The notes under the pieces were generated by a model. It made no database searches, had not been told where the DNA came from, and saw only the letters and a list, made by a program, of their open reading frames with translations. Below are positions 1-7,911 of a stretch of DNA of 64,000 nucleotides, in pieces; positions within the stretch are counted from its first letter, which is position 1, and each line of letters begins with the position of its first letter. The DNA comes from Minisyncoccota bacterium (GTDB taxonomy: Bacteria > Patescibacteriota > Minisyncoccia > Phycocordibacterales > Phycocordibacteraceae). The DNA is taken from NCBI GenBank assembly GCA_041660025.1, contig JBAZXD010000001.1, positions 236,162 to 300,161 of the forward strand, in the 5' to 3' direction. Made by a program: the position numbers and the translations under genes.

Positions 1-143
1 ACGAGCGATCCGGCAAGCACGATGAGGGCGACCCATGCACCGGACACACCTAGATATTTCCCGACGATTGACCATAGGGCGTATGCAGAAGCTATGCCCG
101 ATGCCCATAGGATAAGAGTGGGGGTGAGTGCGGGTATATTCAC
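1..143 (-). CDS. partial CDS (5' end only) of a hydrophobic membrane protein; GTG start
   Basis: RC of 1-143 translates VNIPALTPTLILWASGIASAYALWSIVGKYLGVSGAWVALIVLAGSL with no stop. AAGGAG SD (RC of 150-155) lies 6 nt upstream of the GTG. Confidence 0.35.
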   Translation of the reverse strand, partial: MNIPALTPTLILWASGIASAYALWSIVGKYLGVSGAWVALIVLAGSL

Positions 144-278
144 GAAGTTCTCCTTGGGTTGATTGTTGGTAGGAACCGCTTATTGTTTCTGAAAGAATGA
201 AAACATGTACGAATAGCACTGTCAAGAGTTCGCGAAAGCAGGCATTAGAAGGACTTTTCTTGATATACTCGGAGCACT

Positions 279-1316
279 ATGGCGCACCAGTCCCTCTATC
301 GGATACATCGGCCCGCAACCTTTGCGGATGTGGTAGGGCAGGAGCAGGTAACGAAGCCGCTGGAAGAAGCGGCGAAGTCGAAGAAGATCGGCCACGCCTA
401 CCTCTTCGCCGGAAGTCGAGGGCTGGGGAAGACTAGCGTCGCGCGCATCTTTGCGGATGCTATCGGTTGTACCGAGAACGATTTGTATGAAATAGACGCG
501 GCGAGCAACAACAGCGTCGAGGACATCCGCGCCTTGACCGAGGGCGTGTACACTCTCCCGTTCGCCTCGCCCTACAAGGTGTACATCCTGGACGAGGTGC
601 ATATGCTCTCCAAGGGCGCGTGGAACGCATTTTTGAAGACGCTCGAGGAGCCGCCTGCACACGCAGTATTCATTCTCGCGACGACCGAGCTCGCGAAGGT
701 GCCCGAGACCGTGCAGTCGCGCTGTCAGGTGTTCGAATTCAAGAAGCCGACGCGAGCAGTACTGGCGAAGATGACCGCCGCGGTGGCGAAGAAGGAGGGG
801 TACACGCTCGCGAGTGACGCCGCCGAGCTTATCGCTCTCTTGGCAGAGGGCTCGTATCGCGATGCGCTCTCGGTCCTGCAGAAGGTGTTCGCCTCATCTC
901 CGGACAAGAAACTCTCGCGGGAGGAGGTAGAGGCGGCGACCGGCGCGCCGAAGCGCGAACACGTGCACGCGCTCATTGCCGCGCTCGCCCAGGGTGAGCG
1001 CGGCAAAGCGCTGGAGGCGATTGAGAGGGCGGCAAAGGCCGATGTGGATATGAAGCTTTTCTTGGAACTTGTGCTGGAAGCGCTTCGCGCCACGCTCCTC
1101 ATCCGCTACGCGCCGGAGCTCCGTGCCTCGCTCCAGAGCGAGCTCGGCGCGGACGAGTTCTCGGCGCTTGAAAAGTTCGCAGCGGGGAAGGATATCACGC
1201 ACGCGACGATGCTCGCCTTCCTCACCGCCGCCGAGCGCATCCGCTACGCGCCCATCCCCGCGCTCCCGCTCGAACTCGCCGTCTTGGAACTCTTTCCTGA
1301 CGGGGAGGAAAAGTAG
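279..1316 (+). CDS. dnaX: DNA polymerase III clamp-loader subunit (gamma/tau DnaX-like, or delta'); AAA+ ATPase
   Basis: Walker A GSRGLGKTS, SRC motif (TVQSRCQVF) and Walker B ILDEVHML; 345 aa. Confidence 0.75.
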   Translation: MAHQSLYRIHRPATFADVVGQEQVTKPLEEAAKSKKIGHAYLFAGSRGLGKTSVARIFADAIGCTENDLYEIDAASNNSVEDIRALTEGVYTLPFASPYKVYILDEVHMLSKGAWNAFLKTLEEPPAHAVFILATTELAKVPETVQSRCQVFEFKKPTRAVLAKMTAAVAKKEGYTLASDAAELIALLAEGSYRDALSVLQKVFASSPDKKLSREEVEAATGAPKREHVHALIAALAQGERGKALEAIERAAKADVDMKLFLELVLEALRATLLIRYAPELRASLQSELGADEFSALEKFAAGKDITHATMLAFLTAAERIRYAPIPALPLELAVLELFPDGEEK

Positions 1317-1346
1317 TGGTAGAGTTTCTTTGTGCGGTATATCCTT

Positions 1347-1419
1347 TGGGGGATCGTCTAACGGTAGGACATGGGCCTTTGAAGCCCAGTATCTTGGTTC
1401 GATTCCAAGTCCCCCAGCC
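1347..1419 (+). tRNA. tRNA-Gln (anticodon TTG)
   Basis: Cloverleaf: acceptor TGGGGGA/TCCCCCA, anticodon stem TGGGC/GCCCA with loop CTTTGAA, T-arm CTTGG-TTCGATT-CCAAG. Close to E. coli tRNA-Gln. Confidence 0.8.
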
Positions 1420-1510
1420 GATTTTTAAGCGTAAAAATCGCGTCGAAAATGTGCTCATTTCGACGAAGGTTTTTTGAGGCAGGTTCGGACTCCGAGGAGG
1501 TTAAACCTGT

Positions 1511-2236
1511 ATGAGTAAAACACAACAATCGCAAAATGATCTGAAAAAGCATCTGGATGAGCAGTTGCATTTTCTGCGTACGTCTGCTGATTCGTATGAC
1601 GCGGGTTACGAAGCCGAAGCAAAGCGTTTGGCTGTAATAATTAGAGTTTTACTTCATGACACTGCGCTAAGTACATCTTTGCTGTCACAACTTGGGCTCA
1701 AGGATAGTCTAGATTTCTACGATTCTGGAATAGTTGAAGGTCCGGGTGTTGCAATAGGTGGTGGCGCATCCCTCGTGGTTATACCTGGCGGTGGCGGGAA
1801 TGCAATCCCATTTTTTGACGATTCTCCCCCTGGAACTAATGGTTATGTAAAATTTACAAAGTATTGGGACAGACCAGTTTTGGAAACTAGAGAAAAACAC
1901 TTCACAAGGAAGGAATTGGTCCTGAGTGTTGCAAATGGAGATGGAGGAGCACATGTTGATCCTGAGTTGGACGAGGAGTACGCAAATCTTTCGCGTAATG
2001 ATGCATTTGGGTGGAAAGCTGGTACCTCTGAGACTGGAATGTCTCCAGTTGGGATAGTCGAGTTGGCTTCTATTAGGCAAATTGCTCATGAGATACTGAG
2101 GACTCTAATCCCAGACTATCCACAGAAAATGCTCCCCAGGACGGGACTGGGCCTCATGTTCCCTAGAATTATTGCTATTAAAGTTGATCCGGAAGATAAA
2201 AAAAAGGACCAAAACAGTCAATCCGAAGAGGGTTAG
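1511..2236 (+). CDS. hypothetical protein (AT-rich island gene 1)
   Basis: ORF with GAGGAGG SD upstream; Gly-rich segment GGGASLVVIPGGGGNAIPFF; no family recognised. Confidence 0.55.
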   Translation: MSKTQQSQNDLKKHLDEQLHFLRTSADSYDAGYEAEAKRLAVIIRVLLHDTALSTSLLSQLGLKDSLDFYDSGIVEGPGVAIGGGASLVVIPGGGGNAIPFFDDSPPGTNGYVKFTKYWDRPVLETREKHFTRKELVLSVANGDGGAHVDPELDEEYANLSRNDAFGWKAGTSETGMSPVGIVELASIRQIAHEILRTLIPDYPQKMLPRTGLGLMFPRIIAIKVDPEDKKKDQNSQSEEG

Positions 2237-2382
2237 AACGGTAAAATAAAAAGTAATCAAAAAAGCCTTGCGGGGCTTGGCGGTATAATGTTCGAGACCG
2301 ATGAGGTCAGCCAAGTCGAGCTAGGTTATCGCGCACGAGATACGTTGCTTAACAAAGTCAGTGAAAGAGATATAATTGACTT

Positions 2383-2889
2383 GTGGATACAATCATACAA
2401 CTAACCCTTGGTCAGGTCTTGGGAGGGACAGCTTTTTTGATAACGTGTGTAGGTCTCCTCCAGTGGCTGATATCTAATTGGCTCAAAATAAGACTAGAAC
2501 AATCAATTAGACATGAGTATGATAAACAGCTTGAAGAGTATAAATTTGCGATTTCGAAACGAGACAGAATTGCGAACATCGCATCCTTCTTTTCGCTATG
2601 GATAAAGTATAGAGGACATGAAAGAAAATGGCTGAATGACAGGGATTTGATTGACTACTATAGAGAGCTCACTCAAATGTCTTTTGAACTAGCATTATGG
2701 GTTGATGATGAGGATCTCTTAAAAGAGGTGATGAAGCGGCTAAAGAATGAAGATGGTTCAGAGAATACAGTCGAGTTATTACTTAGGGCGAAAGGATTGA
2801 TTAGTGAAAACAAAAATTCTACGTTAGGGGCCGACAATATTACTATATGGCCTGCCGACATTAAATTCATTGAAGAGGGGCCAAAATAA
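2383..2889 (+). CDS. hypothetical protein with N-terminal TM helix (island gene 2)
   Basis: 168 aa; hydrophobic N-terminus LGGTAFLITCVGLLQWLI; AT-rich. Confidence 0.5.
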   Translation: MDTIIQLTLGQVLGGTAFLITCVGLLQWLISNWLKIRLEQSIRHEYDKQLEEYKFAISKRDRIANIASFFSLWIKYRGHERKWLNDRDLIDYYRELTQMSFELALWVDDEDLLKEVMKRLKNEDGSENTVELLLRAKGLISENKNSTLGADNITIWPADIKFIEEGPK

Positions 2890-2952
2890 AAGTTCAAGAC
2901 GCATATCAAGGTACTTTTTGCAGTAAGAGCTTTAGGCTCTCACTGCAATTTT

Positions 2953-2961
2953 TGGTATAAT
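2953..2961 (+). promoter_or_regulatory. extended -10 TGGTATAAT; ATG at 2968 is 7 nt downstream (leaderless start)
   Basis: Exact TGnTATAAT consensus; no SD between box and ATG. Confidence 0.5.
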
Positions 2962-2967
2962 CCCTCT

Positions 2968-3333
2968 ATGAAAATCTTTGTTGCCCATTCGAGCAATTTC
3001 GACTTTAAGAATAAGCTCTACGCCCCGCTCCGTAGTTCCGCGCTCAATACCGAGCATGAGATACTTCTCCCTCAGGAAGGGGAGATTGAAGAGATTACGC
3101 GGGAAATGATTAACGGTTGTGACGCAGTCGTGGCGGAGGTATCAGCGCCCTCACTCGGCGCCGGTATCGAGATCGGCTGGGCAGACGCCGCCGGCGTCCC
3201 GGTCATCGCTCTGTACGAGAAGGATGCGCACCCGTCATTCTCTATCGATAATGCCGTCACCGATCGTTTCGCATATGAGAACGCGGACGATATGCTCGAG
3301 AAGCTAGAAGCCGCTCTCAAAGAACTTCAATAA
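2968..3333 (+). CDS. nucleoside 2-deoxyribosyltransferase-like (NDT/DNPH1-fold) small protein
   Basis: 121 aa; CDAVVAEVSAPSLGAGIEIGWADAAGVPVIAL resembles the NDT-family DxGTxFExGyA...GKPV core. Confidence 0.55.
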   Translation: MKIFVAHSSNFDFKNKLYAPLRSSALNTEHEILLPQEGEIEEITREMINGCDAVVAEVSAPSLGAGIEIGWADAAGVPVIALYEKDAHPSFSIDNAVTDRFAYENADDMLEKLEAALKELQ

Positions 3334-3394
3334 ACTTGGAAGTCGAACTTCCAAGTTAGAAACGTGCGGGCAGATTCGGGAGTTATCACAGGGT

Positions 3395-3703
3395 ATGAGC
3401 AACAATCCATTTTTAAATGCCTTTGCGGCGACGGCGTATATCACCGGTATCGCGCTCGCGATGCGGTATGGGCCTAAGGGGCCCGGTGTGGACAGCAGTT
3501 TCATCGCGCCCATTGCCTTCCTCTCCCTCTTCGTTCTCTCCGCCGCGCTGATGGGCTACCTCTTCTTCTACCAGTCCGTCCGGCTCTTGATCGAGGGGAA
3601 ACAACAGGAAGCGGCGAAGTTCCTGTTCACGACCGTGGCGGTGTTCGCCTGCATCACGGGTGCATTTCTCATTGTGTGGCTTATCATCAGCACTCTGCTC
3701 TAG
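3395..3703 (+). CDS. small integral membrane protein (3 predicted TM)
   Basis: 102 aa, strongly hydrophobic. Confidence 0.5.
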   Translation: MSNNPFLNAFAATAYITGIALAMRYGPKGPGVDSSFIAPIAFLSLFVLSAALMGYLFFYQSVRLLIEGKQQEAAKFLFTTVAVFACITGAFLIVWLIISTLL

Positions 3704-3739
3704 GAAGTAAGGGTCAGCTCGGTAGGTTATAATCGAATT

Positions 3740-4099
3740 ATGAACGAAGGGAAACCGAAAGATGAAAAAGTCGTTGACCTTACCGAACGTCAAAGGCAGG
3801 AAATGAATGCGAACAGACGGAAAAGTATAGAAATAACGTCCGAAGGGAGAATCCGGTATCCAGAAGAAGTCCTCGGGATAACGACACGTCAGGCAATAGA
3901 GATCGCCAAAAGGATCGTTGAAGACACTATTGATCTGGATGAGTCGAAGATTGCTTCACAGCGTGAATATATTTCCCTGTCTTCTGTTGGAGAAATACTT
4001 AAGGCGCTTGAACGTTATGAAAAATCCCCTGAATTGTATTCAAGAGAATATGCGCGTGCCATCGCTGAAGAATTAATGAAAAGGTTTCCAGCAAAATAA
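3740..4099 (+). CDS. hypothetical protein (island gene 5)
   Basis: 119 aa; GTTATAAT box at 3726-3733 places the TSS at the ATG. Confidence 0.5.
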   Translation: MNEGKPKDEKVVDLTERQRQEMNANRRKSIEITSEGRIRYPEEVLGITTRQAIEIAKRIVEDTIDLDESKIASQREYISLSSVGEILKALERYEKSPELYSREYARAIAEELMKRFPAK

Positions 4100-4107
4100 G
4101 GCTCTCT

Positions 4108-4136
4108 AAACGGCTCAGACCCCGTCTGAGCCGTTT
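4108..4136 (+). repeat. 29-bp perfect palindrome AAACGGCTCAGAC-CCC-GTCTGAGCCGTTT, copy 1 of 4
   Basis: 13-bp arms with CCC loop; identical copies at 5128, 38858 and 62327. Confidence 0.9.
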
Positions 4137-4276
4137 GAAACGCTCAGTTTTTATTTATGCGGCTTGATTCCATAGATAAAGAAACACTTGTCTTTTATGA
4201 AAGAAAGTTTATAGTGTGTCCAGGCCGCTGTGTGTAGTGGCAAAGATAACGTAGGAATAACCAAAAGGAGCACTGC

Positions 4277-5059
4277 ATGACACCAGAAAACCAGCAAAAT
4301 AAGGAGACAGGCTCCAAACACGTCGATATGGGGGTCGTCTACGACGCCTTTTCGGAGGCGTTCAGGGAGGCTGACCAACTGCCGACGTGGCGGTTCGCCG
4401 GGAAGCCGGCTATGGAGAAACTGCTGGGAGCCTCTTTCGGTTCCAACGCACGTTTCTTGGACTTGGGGTCCGCGAGCGCGCGCGTTGAGGCGGGAGTTCT
4501 GCTTCCCGCTGGCGTGCGTCCCGAAGAGATCACCGGCGTCGAGATTAGCCCGGAGCAAGTGGGGATGGCGAAAGCCCGAATCCCCGGGGCTATCTTCTTC
4601 GTGGGAGACATCACAGATGTGTCGTTGCTGTCTGACCAGTCGGGCGAGTACGACGTGGTGTTCTCGCATATGGTGTTCGAGCACCTCGACGATGCCCAGC
4701 TCGCATTGGCGTGCGCGAACGCATTCCGGCTCCTCAAGTCGAAAGGGACGTTCGCGTTCGTGGTAACCCATCCGGACAAAATGACCGACACGGAAGGGAA
4801 CCTGGTCACGACGTTCGGCGCATTCAAAACGACGGCGCCCTGGGGAGGCGAACTCCACAATTGGCGCAGGAGCGTCGAACAGACGCTCGATATCGTTGAA
4901 GGCGCGGGGTTCCAGTTGGAACTGGTCGAAGGAGTCCAGTTTCCTGAAGAACCGCCGGCTGATTTGAAGGCGGAGGACCTCGCAGCATTTCGCGAAGCGT
5001 CCAAGAAGTATCGAAAATATCCGGCCATCCGGCTCGCGGTAAAAGCAACAAAACCATAG
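4277..5059 (+). CDS. class I SAM-dependent methyltransferase
   Basis: Motif I LDLGSASA, GVEISPEQV, DVVFSHMVFEHL; AAAGGAG SD upstream. Confidence 0.75.
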   Translation: MTPENQQNKETGSKHVDMGVVYDAFSEAFREADQLPTWRFAGKPAMEKLLGASFGSNARFLDLGSASARVEAGVLLPAGVRPEEITGVEISPEQVGMAKARIPGAIFFVGDITDVSLLSDQSGEYDVVFSHMVFEHLDDAQLALACANAFRLLKSKGTFAFVVTHPDKMTDTEGNLVTTFGAFKTTAPWGGELHNWRRSVEQTLDIVEGAGFQLELVEGVQFPEEPPADLKAEDLAAFREASKKYRKYPAIRLAVKATKP

Positions 5060-5081
5060 GCTCAAAAGGCCGCGGACTCAG

Positions 5082-5110
5082 ACGGCGCTTCCGAGCGCCG
5101 TTCTTTTTTA
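5082..5110 (+). terminator. rho-independent terminator
   Basis: ACGGCGCT-TCCG-AGCGCCGT hairpin followed by TCTTTTTT. Confidence 0.7.
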
Positions 5111-5127
5111 ATCCGCCTACTACCATC

Positions 5128-5156
5128 AAACGGCTCAGACCCCGTCTGAGCCGTTT
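5128..5156 (+). repeat. 29-bp palindrome, copy 2
   Basis: Identical to 4108-4136; lies just after the terminator. Confidence 0.9.
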
Positions 5157-5185
5157 AACTTGGAAGCGAACCCTTTAAGTTTTAC

Positions 5186-5194
5186 TGATACAAT
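5186..5194 (+). promoter_or_regulatory. extended -10 TGATACAAT; ATG at 5201 is 7 nt downstream (leaderless)
   Basis: TGn-TACAAT box; no SD before the ATG. Confidence 0.45.
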
Positions 5195-5200
5195 CAGGTT

Positions 5201-5539
5201 ATGGCGACATACGAAGAGTTCCAGAAGATTGATATACGGGTGGGAAAGATTATCGAGATACAGGATTTCCCCGAAGCACGGAAGCCTGCGTATAAGTTAA
5301 AGATCGATTTCGGCTCCGAGGTAGGACTGAAGCAGTCAAGCGTCCAAGCAGTTGGCGCGCATACGAAGGAGGAGCTGTTGAACTCTCTTGTGTGTTGTGT
5401 GGTGAACTTTCCGCCCAAACAGATCGGCCCGTTCACGTCTGAGGTGCTCACGCTCGGTTTTATGAATAACGCGGGTGCTGGCTGGGTGCTTATCGAGCCC
5501 AAGAAGGGCTCGGTAGATCTGGGGAGCAGGCTCGCCTGA
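5201..5539 (+). CDS. csaA: tRNA-binding protein (CsaA/Trbp111-like EMAP domain)
   Basis: FQKIDIRVGKIIEI...KLKIDFG... matches the tRNA-binding OB-fold family. Confidence 0.75.
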   Translation: MATYEEFQKIDIRVGKIIEIQDFPEARKPAYKLKIDFGSEVGLKQSSVQAVGAHTKEELLNSLVCCVVNFPPKQIGPFTSEVLTLGFMNNAGAGWVLIEPKKGSVDLGSRLA

Positions 5540-5547
5540 ATTAGGAT

Positions 5548-6060
5548 ATGAAGTTTATCAGCATCAACGGAAGTACCTGTTCGGGGAAGAGTAGTGTCAT
5601 CAAAGAGGTCTTGAAACAGAGAGACCACCTCTTTTATTTATCCTATGATGCCGTGAAGTGGTCGTTCTCTCACTATTCTCCGGATACGCACTTTAAAGAC
5701 GTGCATACGGTGATGCTCGCTATGGCCGAGGCGTTATGCAAAATGCAATATGACGTCATTTCAGATTCAGGGCTATTCAAGAAGTGGAGGGAAGAATTAC
5801 TCAATATACCTCGCTCTCACGGATACGATGTCGTAGAAATCAACTTGGAGTGCGATTATGAACTGCTCGCGCAGAGATTCGATGAGCGTGTGGCGGCAAA
5901 ACTTGCGAATCCTGAGATCAGAATCTCGAATCTATCAAAAAACAGATTTAAGGAACTGAACGATACCTTTCAGAAAGAAAAAAATACCTCAGCTCTGACC
6001 TTCCGGACTGATACGCAGAGCCTTGAAGAAATTTCAGAAAGCGTACTGAAGCTCTTCTGA
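5548..6060 (+). CDS. P-loop NTPase / putative nucleotide kinase
   Basis: Walker A NGSTCSGKSS; 170 aa; AT-richer than neighbours. Confidence 0.5.
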   Translation: MKFISINGSTCSGKSSVIKEVLKQRDHLFYLSYDAVKWSFSHYSPDTHFKDVHTVMLAMAEALCKMQYDVISDSGLFKKWREELLNIPRSHGYDVVEINLECDYELLAQRFDERVAAKLANPEIRISNLSKNRFKELNDTFQKEKNTSALTFRTDTQSLEEISESVLKLF

Positions 6061-6061
6061 C

Positions 6062-6301
6062 GTGCCGTACTTTGTCTATCTGCTCGAGTGCGAGGATGGG
6101 TCTCTCTATACCGGCGTCACCACCGACGTGAAGCGGCGGTTTGCCGAACATAAAAGCGGGATAGGGAGCAATTTCACGCGGGCGAAGAAGGCGAAGCGCA
6201 TCGTGTATACGGAGGAGCACCCCGACCGGAGCTCGGCGCAGAAGCGCGAGGCCGAGATCAAGCGCTGGTCGCGCGAAAAGAAACTGGCTCTGGTACAATA
6301 A
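6062..6301 (+). CDS. GIY-YIG nuclease family protein (UPF0213/YhbQ-like)
   Basis: FVYLLECEDGSLYTGVTTDVKRRFAEH...E..IK motifs; alternative start codon at 6062. Confidence 0.8.
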   Translation: MPYFVYLLECEDGSLYTGVTTDVKRRFAEHKSGIGSNFTRAKKAKRIVYTEEHPDRSSAQKREAEIKRWSREKKLALVQ

Positions 6302-6308
6302 TTTCGAT

Positions 6309-7385
6309 ATGTCTATACAAAAGCATGGGGCGTATGCGAGCGTCGCCGTGCTCGCGCTGGTCTACACCTTCGGCTATTCAGGCCTCGTCGCGTCGGAGTA
6401 CCGCTCTCCGTCTGCCGATGCGCCCGAGAAATTCATCCCACTGCCGGAGTTCGACAAGGCCGACTACAACGCGCGTCTGCTCGCGCTCGCGCACGTGGCG
6501 ACCACGACTGAGGTCGCTTCGAGCGATACCGCCTCGGTAAGCGTGATATCTACCAGTACGCCGTCTCTCTGGCCCGTAAGCGCGGCCTATCCGAACGCGG
6601 GGGCCATCCTGCCATTCAAGCGCGTTGTCGCCTACTACGGCAACTTCTACTCCCGAGGAATGGGCGTGCTCGGCGAATACCCGACCGAAGAGATGCTCGC
6701 GATGCTCGCGAGCACGACCGCGCTGTGGACCGCCGCAGACCCAAGGACGCCGGCAGTGCCGGCCATCCACTACATCGCGGCTGTGGCGCAGGCGACCGCG
6801 GGGAAGGAAGGGAAGTACATCCTCCGGATGCCGGACGACCAGATCGACCACGCGCTCGAGCTCGCGAATCGCGTGAATGGAATTGTCTTCCTCGACGTGC
6901 AGGTGGCGCTCAGCACGCTCCAGTACGAGCTCCCGATGTTGGAGAAGTATTTGAAGATGCCGAGGGTGCATCTCGGCATCGACCCGGAGTTCTCGATGAA
7001 GCACAATGAGCGGCCCGGGACCGTCATCGGCACCTTCGACGCCGCGGACATCAATTATGCCGCGCAATATCTCGCGAACATCGTCCGCGATAATCACTTG
7101 CCGCCCAAGATCCTCGTCGTGCACCGCTTCACGCAGGATATGGTAACGAATTATAAAAATATTAAACCCTTGCCGGAGGTGCAGATAGTGATAGATATGG
7201 ACGGCTTCGGCTCGAAGGAGAAGAAATACGGGACCTATACCAGAATCGTCGCGCCGGAGCCGGTGCAATTCACGGGCATCAAACTCTTCTACAAGAACGA
7301 TACGAGGCCACCCGCCAACGGCCTCCTCTCGCCGGCCGAAGTGCTCAAACTCACTCCCGCGCCGATGTATATCCAGTACCAGTGA
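6309..7385 (+). CDS. hypothetical exported protein (signal peptide)
   Basis: N-terminal hydrophobic segment; 358 aa; TGGTACAAT box at 6291-6299 lies 7 nt before the TSS. Confidence 0.55.
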   Translation: MSIQKHGAYASVAVLALVYTFGYSGLVASEYRSPSADAPEKFIPLPEFDKADYNARLLALAHVATTTEVASSDTASVSVISTSTPSLWPVSAAYPNAGAILPFKRVVAYYGNFYSRGMGVLGEYPTEEMLAMLASTTALWTAADPRTPAVPAIHYIAAVAQATAGKEGKYILRMPDDQIDHALELANRVNGIVFLDVQVALSTLQYELPMLEKYLKMPRVHLGIDPEFSMKHNERPGTVIGTFDAADINYAAQYLANIVRDNHLPPKILVVHRFTQDMVTNYKNIKPLPEVQIVIDMDGFGSKEKKYGTYTRIVAPEPVQFTGIKLFYKNDTRPPANGLLSPAEVLKLTPAPMYIQYQ

Positions 7386-7389
7386 TTCT

Positions 7390-7881
7390 ATGAATTCAGT
7401 TCCGCAATTGCTTCACGAAGTCGTCATTACGGCTATCGTCGTGAAGGACGGGAAATATTTGATTACGCGGCGCTCACCCTTGAAGAAGCGTTTTGGTGGG
7501 ATGTGGACCGTGCCGGGCGGGAAGCTCGAGACGAGCGACTACGTGAACCTGCCGAAGGATACGAAGGACTATTGGTACAACGTACTCGAACAGGTGCTCC
7601 GCAGAGAGGTGAAAGAAGAGGTTGGACTCGAGATAAAAAATATTGAGTACGTCACGTCGCTCGCGACGATTCACGCCGACGGCGCGCCGTCGCTCGTCAT
7701 CTCCTGTATGGCGGACTGGGAGAGCGGAGAAGTCCTGCTCCAGGAAAGCGAGACCGACCAATTCGCCTGGGTGTCGCTCGAAGAAGCGAAGAAATATGAG
7801 TTGCTCGACGGTATTTACGACGAGCTCTGTATGGCCGACGCGCGTCGCAGGGGCGACAGGTCGGAGTGGAAGCGTGCTTAA
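7390..7881 (+). CDS. NUDIX hydrolase
   Basis: Nudix box GGKLETSDY...REVKEEVGLEI. Confidence 0.85.
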   Translation: MNSVPQLLHEVVITAIVVKDGKYLITRRSPLKKRFGGMWTVPGGKLETSDYVNLPKDTKDYWYNVLEQVLRREVKEEVGLEIKNIEYVTSLATIHADGAPSLVISCMADWESGEVLLQESETDQFAWVSLEEAKKYELLDGIYDELCMADARRRGDRSEWKRA

Positions 7882-7885
7882 AAAG

Positions 7886-7911
7886 AGCGGCCGCGCAGGA
7901 GCGCGGCCGGT
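7886..7911. terminator. GC-rich bidirectional hairpin between the convergent NUDIX genes
   Basis: CGGCCGCGC-AGGA-GCGCGGCCG. Confidence 0.45.

Noticed and set aside
197-436. 79-aa ORF upstream of and overlapping the dnaX start.
   Set aside because: It overlaps the well-supported dnaX start in another frame and has no SD or homology.
1511-2236. HEPN nuclease call for island gene 1, based on Rx3H-like spacings (IRVLLHD, IRQIAHE).
   Set aside because: The canonical HEPN motif is Rx4-6H, and the spacing here is 3. There is no other support, so the gene is left as hypothetical.
4166-4185. Direct repeat of the tRNA-Gln 3' end as an att site bounding the island.
   Set aside because: Only ~10/12 identity with a gap (GGCTTGATTCCA versus GGTTCGATTCCA). 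It is too weak to call and is mentioned only as a possibility.
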